From the NCBI GenBank assembly GCA_030704615.1, contig CM060731.1, positions 7,440,001 to 7,504,000 of the forward strand: a DNA stretch of 64,000 nt, read 5' to 3'. The stretch is from Takakia lepidozioides. Lineage: Eukaryota; Plantae; Bryophyta. This document shows, one piece after another, positions 39,108 through 52,329 of this stretch. Made by a program: the position numbers and the translations under genes. The notes beneath the pieces are model-generated. The model ran no database searches, had not been told where the DNA came from, and was given only the letters and a program-made list of their open reading frames with translations. Within the stretch, counting starts at the first letter, position 1; every line of letters begins with the position of its first letter.

Positions 39108-40623
39108 TATCAAGTTTTATTTTACTTTTATTCGGGGCCAATTTTGAGATGGGATGGTGGTGTGTCCTTGTTGTCCTGTTTGCAATGTGTGCGTGGGGGG
39201 CAAATTCTTGGGAACAAACTATCATTGGAGATGGGGGTTGCATGGACTGCCCGTATTGTTCTTTCAATCTCTTTAGTGTTTTCCGGAGCTCACAGTCTTG
39301 TGTGCATTGCAAAAACAAACAAACGTCTTTGGTTTGGGCAGTGCATTCTCGCATCATTTGCTCGTTGGTCTCCAAACCATTCCAGCCAGAAGAATGCTTG
39401 GTAAATCCACCACGTTAAAGTCCACGTGATCAAAGATCGTTCAGGCATTCTTCTGCTGAGCATCCATGATGCTCCCACATATACCATACATGTGGCAAGG
39501 GTGGTAAGTAAGAAAACATTTCGCAGGGATCCGCTTTGGATGATGTGAGTGTGCACCTGCTCGCGACGTACCCATTCCAATGCAAGGGCTTGATATGTTA
39601 ATAACGTCTAAATAGATGCAATGGATATAAAGGATGGATACAATGGATGTAACACATCCAGTCTGCATTCCCTGGAAATGACTGATCAACTCGCGGTAAT
39701 AGGTGACACCCGCGGAAATAGGCCCTGTATGCATGCTGACGTGGCGTGAGCCTGTGCTGGGCTCATGGGCTCTTGGACTCACAGGCTCACGCCTCCGGGC
39801 TCACAGAATAGCACCCCCCGAGCTGAAGCTCCCAACAGGCTGCGATGCATCCCCTCGCAGCTCCACTATTCGGCTGCTCCTCATCTACCCGCAACAACTA
39901 GTTTCGGGCAGAGATACCTGGAGCTGATCATATAATCTCCAACCTGCAACATGCTAGCTTCCCATGCGCAGCCCATATTCCTGCAGCTCCTTAACTCGGT
40001 TTGTAGCTGAAGAAGACGACCACCAGTTCGCCCATCGTGGCCAGCATCTCCTCCGCTTCACACTAGAAGCCCAAACTTGGTTGCCATAGCGTTGAGCTAT
40101 GCAACGTCGCTCTTCAACATAGGCTACCTGCCTCTCTATCCATTGCAAACCTGCAACCTGTTCGCCTTTGCACTCTATCCGCTTTGGATAGGCTCATGCA
40201 CGGATCCCTGCACTCTAGGCTGAACCGCTTCTCATGATCTGAAAACCACAAGTGCTAGAACTAACTCGAACCTGACACTCATAGACTCGAGCTGATCTTT
40301 CTCGAGTGATAAAGAAAGGATTGATACAAGCACACAAGCCCTCTCAAACTCACATACTTGCACATGGAAACATCACTCATATATTAAGTCGAGCCAAGTG
40401 CACCCCACGCCATGGGGAATCCACACTACGGCGCCATAGCTAGACGCGGTGAGGCTCAACTCGAGAAAGATGAGCCCACCGCGATCTTCCGTGAAGAAAA
40501 CAACGCCAGGTGCCCAAACATATATTGGCCCCTGGATTGACACTTGGATCAATCCCAAATGTCAATATATAAAAGCTAGCTATTTCCTAGCTAACTCCAC
40601 ACTAGTGGTAAAATAACTTGACA

Positions 40624-43600
40624 CCTTGGTACCCAGCTACAAGAAGCACTCAATGACCCTGGACGCCTATGACTTATCTACCGCGGACTTCTTAAATTCC
40701 TAGCCCACAAATTCAATGGACTACAAGCCCTCCCATCTCTTCATTCCTAATCTTGCCTACACTCCCCCACGGCACGTACACTACTCATCCTACGACAAAT
40801 GCGTATCAGCATACAAACCGACCTACCCGGCTATCCTAACACGATACCACAGCTGGAACACGCTCTAAATACCAGCCCATCCCTCTCCCATTTTGAACGC
40901 CTTCATCCCCGCCAAAAGCGTCCCCTCCTCACCTATTTCAAAGAACGGCATATCACTCATCTCACCCAACTTACCACCGCCACATGGACTCAACTTATAA
41001 CCCTGGGAGAATTTGCACTTAAACATTCTCGTGCCACAGCCAAAACCTGCAGGTTCCTCCAACACTCTCCCTTTCCTCTCTGCTTCTGTTTGCTGTTCAA
41101 AGGTAGGCTTCCTGCCCTGAGTTTAAATTGCCGAGAGTGGGTAGACCCTTGAGGTCATCCAAGATGTCCTCCCCCATGTCACAGACTGGAAACAAGTTTA
41201 GGGAAGTTTTCTGCCTAACTTCATTTTCATCAGACAACCTCATGGCCAGCTTCCAGTGTCTATGGCGGGTATCGTTACTCACGGTCACGGAGATGGCGCG
41301 TACGCTCAATATTGGATGGATTTTTGGCTAGCAGATCCCAACTTCGTTATAGGATCTTTGGCTAGAATTTTGCGACAATTGGAGAAACCAACATGTCGTG
41401 GATCAATATTGGGCAGATATTCTTGAAGAACTTGACCTTCCGTTGGAGGAGCCAAATGACGAGCTTATCGAAAGATTTTGGCCAGCACAAAATGGGTCGA
41501 GCACCATAAGAGAGACGGTGTTCATAGAGAGTCTCAAGACGCATTGTCCGATAATGAAGATATTGTGGAACCGTATTGTGGGCCGAGATGTGACCGTCCG
41601 AAAATACCGTTGAATCCATTCAAAGATATTGAGAAGTGATTCGCCCAAATGATACTGAGACTTTTCCTGTTTGGATGGGAATGACAATATCGGATGTTGT
41701 ACGAGATAGAGAAGATCGCAATTACAAAAAGCTTCTTGTGGAGTGATGGAGACCGAAGAAAAGGGGCAATCCTACGGATGCAGATAGATACAAAAATTGT
41801 TGGTCCAAAAATTGGGAGTTCAACCCAATGGATCCCACTCAATGGATTCATGTTGACAATGTAGTATGGACAATGCCACCGAGAAAAAATATGCCCCAAC
41901 TCCTCATGGGCATGCCGCACTAACCGTGCACGCTGTGTGGGGTGAGGCACAATCCTTACCCTACTCTGCCACCCATCCGCATCATGTACCCTTGAATGCG
42001 ATCTTCCATGCTCACTCTTCCCTCATACCCAATGCGACTCACTACCATCCACATCCACCTCCCCTATACCATCTCCCCACTCGGATAGGGACTCGACCCA
42101 GACCCCTCCCGCCCACATCCATACGCCATTCCTTACGCAAACTACTTCCACCCCAGCTCCCACCTCACCTGCCACTCCTGCAACTCATCATGACCACACA
42201 GCTGATGATAACTCATGGCAAATCGAGGACGACCTCTTTAGCTCACATGATGATTGCGACCCCGCCCACAATCTCACACTCCTCACCGCATTCCACAAAC
42301 GTACTGACACTAACTACCTCGCGCATACCCACCAACAACATATCTCCCAAACCCAACCCAAAGATGCTCGTCACGTACATCAACCACTTACCGCCCCCAA
42401 CGTACACATATACATTACTGAATGCAATCCAGATAAGGATATCCTGCACACCTCCCCCACAATCTGTCAAGGCCCTCGTATGTCAACTATCTACACCTTC
42501 AACGGCCGTTTTCTTGGCCTCATTCCCAATGACAGACTAGCATGGCTGTGGGCTAAATACTCTACTTCCTCCCCCTGTGACACTCAAATCCACCCACCCC
42601 GCCAAGACTTCGCTATCGAACTCAGTTGGCTTGTTACCCGCTACCTCCAAGACACTCCTCCCAAAAAACCCTGTTCCCTGACGAAACTATCACAAGCCTT
42701 TGCTCATACTACTATCCCCCCGGATATCCTCTCTCTGCTCATTACCACTTTTGAACTCACTCATTCATATTATTCCAGTCCGCTTACATTCCCGATGGGA
42801 ATCACAACTTTTGTCAGCCCCCACCCCCGAGACTGCATCTTCAGAGCCACCCAACATGCCACCCAACATGCATGGGCAGGGAGGGGATTTGCCCACCCCC
42901 CTTCAGGCCCCTCACACATGAGGCCCTCCAATGGGCCCGTATGGCCACACAGTCCTCCCCATCAAGCGTCACGACCTTTTACTCACTCACCAAAAGCTAC
43001 CCAACAGTCCCCACCCCCTCCTACAATTCCCACCCGGTGTAACAGTCCTCGCCGCTATCGAACCTAACCAACTCCGGTACATCCACACCCCGCCCCTCTC
43101 CAAATACCTTCGTTACAAAGAACCAACCCTTACCATTCTCCTTCATGTCCAACACACCACGCATTCCACCATACCTCCCACCTTCCTTGCCTTACTGGAT
43201 CAACTCCTTAAGCGCATTCACAAGCTAAAAACCACCATCTACCCCCAGCATCTCACACACCCGGTCCTCACAATTCCACCTGGCCCACTCCCTAGGATTA
43301 ACTTAAGCAAGGCATGGAAAACCGCGCTACCGCGCTACCGCGCCCGTCCCCTGCCCCACCTACACTCCCCCCACTCCTCCCATCCTACTGCCAAACTATA
43401 CCTCCCAAATTTCCGCCATCCCACTCCCACTACACCGACGGCTCTCTCAATGGCTCCCATGCAGGTTATGGAGTATACCATGCCGCTACCAATCAGGGCA
43501 CCGCTCATAGACTTCCTGGTCCTGCTACCATACTTCGTGCAGAACTAATGGCAATATTTGAAGCGCTTACCTCGCTCTTTCTCATCTACAACCACTTCTC

Positions 43601-44630
43601 TTGCCCATCTTCTCACCATTATCACTCTGACCGTAATCTCATCACAGCCATCGCCAACCTGGCTATCTACATCAACCAACCCATTCACTTTATCAAAGTA
43701 CGCGCACACACATGTATCCGGGGGAATGAGGCTGCCGACCTTCTTGCCCAGGAAGGTGCCGATGAACCCCCTGTTGACCCTACCAATGATCCCATCCGCA
43801 TAGCACATACCCACCCATTCTGGCTAATACACCCCCATACCCGACCCCCTTGAACCCCGATCCATACGCAACCTTTTGAAAACCCTTACTCGAGAAGCCA
43901 ATAAGCAAACCTCGGTATCTGCTAGCCACACTAAACTATACATACAGAAATGGACACAATCCGGAGTACTCCATAACAAACTCTCAAACTACTTTTGGTA
44001 CTCCAAAGCGGTACTGACGCCCAAATCAAACAGACGCTTAAATTCCGATACGCACAATATATGGGACATCAACATAAACACATGTTCTGGCCACACCTTT
44101 TCCCATCCCCGCATTGTCCCCTCTGGTCTCATACCCACCAGGAATGTGACACCTGGCCACACCTTCTTAGCCAATGTACACACCCGGTCATCCACGGGCT
44201 TCGTATAACCCGCCATAACCAAGCAGTCTGGCACATCCATAAACTCCTCCTACATCGCGCCGAGACAAGATGGTTCTCGCTAATCAATGTTGGTACTTAC
44301 CAAGGACGACCCCCAGACCACACCGTCCCCCACTGGCTTCTCCCGTGTACTTGCTCCCACCCCCCCTGCACCTGCCCCACCAGACTATGCTCGGACATCT
44401 TGCTTGTACATGGTTTACCCATAAACTCCCCCCCACCCACCGCCCCAACCCCGAACCTTACCATCTATTGAATTCACATACTGCCATGATCGATACCCCG
44501 CTGATTCAACGCTAGACAAACGGCTTAAATACGCGCCACTTATCCTTGCGCTTCGACATAAGGGCTGGGTCCTTTGACGGTTATCACGGCTAGTACTCGA
44601 GGCGGCATTCATAACGCTAGTATCGATGCA
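40624..44630 (+). mobile_element. Non-LTR retrotransposon, 3' fragment: RNase H, CCHC finger and restriction-like endonuclease
   Basis: YTDGS...RAELMAI...KVRAHTCIRGNEAAD; CPLW...HLLSQC...RHNQAV; SDILLV...EFTYCHD. It continues in frame from the 8403 junction. Confidence 0.88.
41893..41990 (-). pseudogene. Small Ty3 integrase N-terminal fragment within a ~1-kb insert in the LINE
   Basis: RVRIVPHPTQRARLVRHAHEELGH is nearly identical to 28968-29040. Confidence 0.75.
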
Positions 44631-47600
44631 TAGTAGTGGGACCCCGCGTAATCACTTCATTCAATAAAAATAGGGGACACACAAAGGCAACGAACACTTC
44701 TAGATGCCGCTACCTTAAGTGCAACTACCGACACCAGTCTCCAACCTTCAATCTCCAACCTTCAATCGTCACTAGAATTATCGGCAATGGCTAGTAGACG
44801 TACTCAAGCATGCATAAAACTATTCATCCTGGGAATTCATTCATTCATAGATATGGATGAAATATTCTAGAAAAAACTCATGTCATTGTAATAAATCTCT
44901 TCAAATATCTATAGAATTATTTATAATCCATATAGTAAATCAATTGAATCCAACTGTATTAATAAGTAGTAAGTTAGTAGGTAGTAAGAAGGGGGGCCTC
45001 CCTTATATACCCTCTCACGGCGGTGGGACCCTTCTAGAAGCCCGCCGACCCTGGACCCTTCTAGAAGGCCCTGGACACATGTCAGCCCTACAAGACTCCC
45101 TATCTAAATTTGGCCAATTTAATACATCTCGCATTCCTCCTTCTTTTTTTGGACCCCTTGATCTCATTCCTTAATACACGTGGCCTTACTACATAAGCCC
45201 CCCACCACTTTAGAATGAACATGGCCCGAATGAAAATGCTCTACATATTTGGAGATTTCAACATGCTAGGAAATAATATTGAAACAACCAAAATTCCATG
45301 CATCATCACTAATTTCAATTAACATTCTCAGAATGTTTAATTGATGAGCTGAGGAGAGAGGCATAACCAAGAGAGGGTGCAAGAGAGCCACAGCTATGCA
45401 ACTGGAGGGTTTAGGGACTGCTATCCAACAGTGTTACCATGGAGAGGAGGGTGTAAAAGGTCTACCACCACTCTCTATATATATTTATACATGGATTTTA
45501 TGACGTAATTGGTTAGACTGTGTTCATTTGACAAGATTTTTCTACACCAAATTACTTCCACGATGCACTTGGGTCTGTTCGATTTCGACGTTCCATGGTT
45601 ATAGATTGATAATTTACAGATTCGAAGAGAATATATACCCTCTAACATGTCAAACTACATTTGTATTTTACCCCAATATTTTGATGTATTCCAAAATTGC
45701 ATAACTGGTTTGACAACCAAATTCAAGTATCGTGTTGAATTGATTCTGTGGCACCTACAGGGATATCTCCCCAAAAATCGAAATTCCAAAAATTGAGATA
45801 GATTGCTATGTATGTGAAAGCTGGAGGATAATTTTTTCAGATTTTGACTTCCGTAACATTTATTTTGTTTTGTTTTTGTATTTTTGATGAACAGGGGAGT
45901 GTGGCTGAAGATAATAGGAATAATGTAAGAACTTAATGCACACGTGCAACCTCTGACATGATGGTACGCCGTTTTCCAGCATGTCAAATCTCCCCACCCT
46001 CAATTGAGAGTGATATGGAACTGAAGGAGTGTAAATTCCAGTCGGGGTTACACTGAGTTACACGACAAGTAACTCCACTGGGGTTACATCGGGTTACACG
46101 ACGAGGTATGTAACTCCAATTGGGGTTACACAGAATGAAGTGTAACTCTAGTCGGTGTAACCCACACTTGGTCTCAAAATTTGACTAAGTCCAAATGTGG
46201 CTAAGTATAAAATGGACTAACTAGAGTTACATGAGAAACCAGGGTTACATAGGGTTACATGGATTTGATAGTTGATTCCCGGTTATACACTACAAGAACC
46301 CAGAACCTCGCTGCCTGCAATTCTGTCACCTTACCATTACGCTACCCACCACACCATGAAACCCACTTGGATTCTTAAATATTTAAAACTGAGGTAAGTG
46401 TGGGTGGGGAGGATTTGACAGGGGCCCCGCCGGAGGAGAATCCGGGGAAAGTACTGTTAGATCGTAAGCGTCCATTAAGTTCTTACAGTATTCCTGTAGT
46501 CTTCCGACTGTGGCCCTGTGATTTACTTTATTTGTGATACCTTCTAATTCCTTTGATGAGTAAAATTCCATAGTGCCTTGTCCAAAAATTTGGGGTATTA
46601 TAATAAACTTTGAGCCCATTTGGCCTGCCAAGTGGGCATGTCAAGGGTGCTTTTCCAACTTCCCTGCCCTTTGGTAAATCCTAGAGAACCGGACTTAGAT
46701 TGTTTTAGGACCTTGTAAATTCCACATGTGCTCTACCCTAACTTAATGTGCACCATTCACCTTCAGGGTTCACTTCCACTACAAATGGTTTTGCAGTGAA
46801 AGACCTTGAAAGATGCATCCCAGATCTTGCACATGGATTCAATCACTTGCACTTGAATGGCAGCATCAACCGCGCCATACTTGACAGCTAACTCTACTCC
46901 AGAAGCGGAAGAAGATGAATTGGAAGCAGCTTGGGGAGTGTCACACTCTACATATCACCTCTTAGGTGGGTTTCGTGGCCAGGGTATGACAGGGTCTTGA
47001 TTTTTTTACCCTCATCCATATGAGATTCAGAGCCGACTATCCTCCTTTTTACAACAGTAATCGAGTGACAACACAGGGTTTGATGTTTCTGGGGTTTACT
47101 GCTTAAAATCCTACTGTAGAAAGGCCAGCAATCAAAGTCAAGAAAGACTGAAAGAAAAGTGGAGCACAAATCTGAAGTTGTGATTTCATGAATAAAATAA
47201 CATCAGAAAGCATCAATCCCTTACATATATTACTTCCTGGGTGGGTAGAAGTACCACATGACAAAGGTAGAAACTTGGAATATTCTCCAAACTTAACAAT
47301 TCATTGTTCCTTGTCCTATAGGAGAAGGCTGGTAGATGCCTGGCGAAGTACCAAGTGAACCAGAAACAAGGCATAGTCTGTGTTTCAACTAACCGCCTAA
47401 TTCATTTGCAATCTGATGTCACAGACATCAAGACTCTCAAAGAGACTTCAAGATCTCTTCTGCACTAGAGAGCTCATAACCACCCTTCTCGATGTTGGCA
47501 ACCTTCACCACCAAATCCTCAATAAGGAGACAATACCTCTGTGAGCGCATACCATGTCAGTCAGGTTCACGTCCAAGCCCAGTGCTTTGGTGTATATCCA

Positions 47601-48707
47601 TCAGCTAAAAATTTGATCTGGTCAGTATTGGGGTCTCCCATTCTTTCACTACGACGGGATCATTCACTGCACCAACCGCACAGAACGACAAAGATATTAG
47701 TCATGTTCGACAATATTAATGCTCATGTGACTCTCTCAAAATGGTGATAGAGCCAGAGCCTTCATCTTCACCACATTCCATTCCTTGGCTGAAGACATTA
47801 ATTGTTGGCACAACCCACAAAAACCTCCTATCTCACATTCGCAGCGAATTGTTTTTCAAGACACTCTGTTGAACATTAGCTATACCAAACAACCATCTTC
47901 AAAACTTTCCTTGTGAAAGCAATCTCTCTCTTTTCCCAAGCAATTTCAAAGCTTCAATTTGATCCATTGGCCTTCTTATCCAGGGGACACTGAAGCTTTA
48001 TTATACAAAACACTTCACTTATTCCAGGGATAAGAGAAAAGGGGGAGGGAGGAAGATTCCAGAAATTGTAGAACAGCACACAATTTCCAAAGATTGCAGA
48101 GGTTTCATTAACAAAAAGTATAGAAGTAGACTATGTTGTGGCCTTTGGACATTCCGAGGATTTGAGGACTTTTTAGCACTGTAGAAGCATTCAGCATAGC
48201 TCCCTTCCCCAAGGGTTGGTGCTTCACAAAACAGTCACCACTCTTGCAGCTGGCAGCCAAGGAGAGCACTAACATAACTCAGGTCCGAAAATAGCAGGGC
48301 CCTGAGTGAATTCTATATGAACACAGTCAACACATCAAGAACAGTGCCATTGGGGTTGACAATCATTCTTTATGGCAACAGCCGGGAGATATGATGACAA
48401 TGCTGCAAGAACTGCAAAACGGGTTCCATGAAAGGATCAAAGCAAAGAAGGGCTGAACACTTGGACAGTAGAATTGCACTCAGCAATTAGCTTTGCACAT
48501 TGGGACAGAAGCTTTCCTCACGGTGTTGTGGAATGCCTGACCAACAGGCGTGTGTAGACTTTATCCTGCTCAATGGTGTAAACTCTTATCTGATGAAGTA
48601 GAGCTGGTATCATCTTCTTTAACTGGGAGTACATCTCTCTCCCTGGGATCTGACAGTTGTTGAACAAACCTAATCACTGTGCCTAGTGAAATACAATGCA
48701 AGGGCTT

Positions 48708-50674
48708 TCAAGTGGTGCCCTGCATCACCTTGTGCCTATCGTAATGCTGAACTGGTTTACATGGATTTGAGTGCATGAATTCATGACTGTGTCCGGAGAC
48801 AGGTGCAGCAGCAGGTACCTCCCCTGGGACAGGTGCCAGTTCATTTTTACTGAAACGTTCCTCCTCATAAAAACTTGCTCGCACTACTCGGCCTCCAAAA
48901 AATCTACCATCAAGGTCGACCAATGCTTTGGTCGCTTGCTCGGCCCGCTCAAACTGCACAAATATTCGCACTGCTTCTGTGACAGGAAAATCAGGTTCTG
49001 TGATTTCAAAGATAAGCACGCGTGTGACTACCCCATACTTGGTGCATTCTGATGCCACCTCGTCCTCAAGCTCACCATCCACCTCTCCAGGGCCCACCTG
49101 CAGAAGTAGGTGTCAATTGTTATGCATCACAAACCAATGGTTACATTGCACATTGTCCTCCAGTACACTAAACTTCGGGCTCCAATCAGGAGCCACAGTA
49201 TGATGTTGGAGGATGAACAGCCATTTTGTTACATGTGCTAGCACTATTTCGCCACAGAACTAAAAGTATGCAGTCAATGTTGTTGCTTATCCTGGATACC
49301 ATCAGCATCAAAGGCATAAACCCTGAATCCTGGATAGAGGTAAAAATCTGGGATGTTGCTAGCAGCACAGAATTATGATAGATTTAGACTGGTTACATTT
49401 CGAGGTGACAACAACTCCCAAGAAACATAAAACCTAAGAAAGAATATCTCTCTTTGCCATGCCCCACCCAGTGCACACTCTTGCCAAACAATCCCAAACA
49501 CATCCAAACCCTCGCAGATAGCTCTGCACCACGAACCCTAATAAGAACTCTGCACCCTGTTCTCAAGCTCTATTGCCAGAAAGGAGGGAATGAGTTAGCA
49601 AGAGATTTACAAGAGCGTGATCCCAAGGACAAGTCTGAATTGTTCCTTATCTTACATGAATAACCAAAGGACAGTGCTGTCTGTACAGGAACACAAGCAG
49701 GACGCATAGGAAGCACTTACCATATTCCGTAGCAAAACAATACGTGTGGGTGGGCCAGAGATGAAGACACCCTGCTTGGGAGCCTTTTTCTCAGTAGCGG
49801 CAGCGGCGGCAGCGGCGGCAGCAGCTGCATTAACAATTACACCGGCGCGCTTATCAGTCTTGCGAGCCATGAGTGGCACAGTGATACCCTGCTCTTGCTT
49901 TCCCAAGCCTTGCCCTTCCTTCCACCCCATGCGTGCCATCATGCGCTGTGCTGCGGTCATTGGGTTATGTTTGCCCATGCTGAACCCTTCGTTGTTCCGT
50001 GGGGGCGACGGCGATCTCACCCTTGCTGGACTGCTTTCTGCAGCGCGCGCTGCACTCAGCATCGCGCGCCGCTTCCATGCCTCCTCTCCACTGATATGCA
50101 ATGATGTCGCACGTGGTTCAGGCACAGGCTCCTTCTCTCTTTCTATCTCACGTTCCCTCTCTTGCTCACGCTGTCGCTGCAACTCTAGCTCCCTTTCTTC
50201 CTCCTCATGCCGCCGTCGCTCAACCTCTCGCCGCATCTCTTCTTCCACCTTTCGCCGTCTGCGCTCCCGGCAGTACTCATCATAGTCGTTGGGTCTTGCA
50301 GGATCATACTCTTCCACCACTGTTGCGCTGACTGCCACCAGTGCTGGTTGAGGAGGCGGAGATATGGGTCTCTCAGGTGTGTTCACAACAAGGTTGTCTC
50401 CACCATCAGCCGCCCATCTGGATGCTCCACCCACCGCCCTCCGCCCAGGTGTTGCCGCCTTGAATTTGGTGGCTGCCGCCTGATTGCGCAACACAGAAGC
50501 AGGAGGAGCAAACAGAGCAGGCTTTCTCAAAGTGGGTGGGGCCATCTTGGTGCTGCTGTTGGACCACATCGATGCGCCCGGAGCAGATCCATTGAAAGCC
50601 ACACCTTCTGCCTTGCCAGCCCCTTCCTCTTCTGAAGAAGGAGGAGGCAGGTCCCCATACAGACCCCCCAACAT
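48708..50674 (-). CDS. DRT111: Splicing factor SPF45/RBM17 homolog (plant DRT111), G-patch plus UHM/RRM; exons 50674-49721 and 49097-48708
   Basis: MLGGLYGDLPPP start; EEYDPARPNDY; G-patch AQRMMARMGWKEGQGLGKQEQGI; LLRNM|VGPGEVD across a GT-AG intron (49098-49720); GRFFGGRVV. Confidence 0.95.
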
Positions 50675-51065
50675 CGCCACACTTGCACACTTCCCTCAAA
50701 CTTGTTTTCCTCTGCAACCCAGTTCACTCTTCAATCTCTATACAACACAATACCCCGTCGAGCCTCCAAGATGAGGCAACGCTCTCACACAGCTTAGGTC
50801 ACTAGTCACAGCGATGCAGGCAAAACTTCCCCAGAAAACAACAAAACAAATTATAAGACAACGAAAAAGAAAAGAGAGGAGGAAGGAAGAGGGAGAGAGG
50901 TTCCAATTTTGTGGGCTTCCCTGCCTCATGAGCAAATCAACCGAAAGTCAAGTCAGAAATCAACTGGTGTTGCTCGCAGATCTGTACATGAAGGCCTCGT
51001 AACCCTACATTCTGCTCTGTGAGGTCTCCCATATAATGCAGAGAAAAGATTGGAGAGAGGGTGAG

Positions 51066-51240
51066 ATGGGAAAGTCGATAAGGTCGAAGAGGAAAAAGAG
51101 ATTGACGACGTTGAAGAGGGAGCTGGTGGTGCCTCACTGCGATCAGAAGGAGGACCTTGCCAAGTTTTCCGCACAGGAAGTGGCCGCGGCTGCCCCCAAG
51201 GTCGAGCTTCATACGAGTCGCTCCAATTCCGTGGACATAG
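51066..51240 (+). CDS. Probable first exon of an LLPH/LAPS18-like small basic nucleolar protein (possibly degenerate)
   Basis: MGKSIRSKRKKRL..LKRE..V.P...K.D.AK..AQE.A.AAPK resembles the recalled plant LLPH-like N-terminus. A pyrimidine-rich intron-like stretch follows. Later exons were not resolved. Confidence 0.55.
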
Positions 51241-52329
51241 GCGTGTGTCCCTCTCCTCTTTTCCACTCTCTCTTCCCCTCTCTCTCTGTGCGATGACTCA
51301 TTCTTGTTGGACCTTATTGTACTCTGAAACGGGCCAATCTCCCAATGCCTCACGGGTGTCTTTTTTCAGCTTTGTCTGAACTGTTGGTGTACCACGTGAG
51401 TGCAGAGATGGAGGAACAGGCTCATGCAGTCGTAGCTGTGTCAATTTTGCATGAAGGGCGGTCAGTTGCATAAATCCAGAGAGGACTGGGAATCCTGAAG
51501 AAGTGGAGAAATGAACCATGTTTCAAAGAGGAATGTGAAATCTGTTCTTGATAGAAATGTGTGAACGGGGAAATTGTCTCATCACAAGGGATTGGAAAGC
51601 TTTTATTATATGGGGATTTTTGGTTGCTGGACTTTGCTTTGCAACTGACCGGCTCGAGCAATACCCTACCCAAGAAGAACAGCTGCTGGAGTGGCATAAA
51701 AGGGAATAAGCAGGGGATTCACTGCCGCTGCAGATGCTGTGGCCCCTGCTGCACCCACAGCCGTAGAGAGGCCATCAAGTGCATACTTGAACATGAAGGG
51801 GACTTGGAGGGTTAGGTTTGTTAGGGTTCCCTCATGCACGTCCCTCAGCGGTTTTATATAGGGGCTCTGTTCAAATTGTCCCGTGTGTTTTTCATTTAGT
51901 CATCTGGAAATGTGGTAGTGGTCATTTTATACCTACACTGCGCATTTTCGTTTGCAAAGTGTCCCATTCTCAGATGGCCCCATCTTGTGGGCAACACAAA
52001 TCCAAAATGTGCATACTCTGTTGAACGCAGTAGGTATCCTGGTAAGTCCTTAATTGATAATGGGAGGAAAATGACACCTCATGACACCCAGACCTGGGCT
52101 CATATTTGTGAAAAGGATGTGGCTGGCCGGTCCCAATATGGATGTGGCTTGATTTTATCATCCCCACCCCCCTCCGACCCCTCCGCCCTCTACGCCCGCC
52201 CGCCCGCCTCCGCCAAGGACCCCCGACCCCCTTACCACCGCTGGCCATGCGGCGCCCACATCTCCGCCTGATCTTCAGCGACGTGCCCCCCCCCCCCCCC
52301 CCCCGTGGATACCCTCATTGGGGTGATCC

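Larger units (their letters stand above)
31703..39819. mobile_element. MULE-2, both ends present, internally deleted, 9-bp TSD GAGCTGAAG
   Basis: TSD at 31694-31702 and 39820-39828. Imperfect TIRs share GCTA..GTGAGCCC..CGTGAGCCTG. The flanks rejoin into retroelement UTR homologous to ~10930-10990. Confidence 0.9.
30311..40623 (-). mobile_element. 5' part of the family A element (B repeat 40307-40623, PBS, UTR, internally deleted gag, protease), interrupted by MULE-2
   Basis: The B repeat is nearly identical to 7922-8238. VLLDSGA is in ORF 30347-30952. It starts TGTCAAG on the minus strand at 40623, preceded by AAGG. Confidence 0.88.

Noticed and set aside
44770-45221. Solo LTR on the minus strand (TATA-like GGTATATAAGG, short direct repeats)
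   Set aside because: Both termini and a TSD could not be established.
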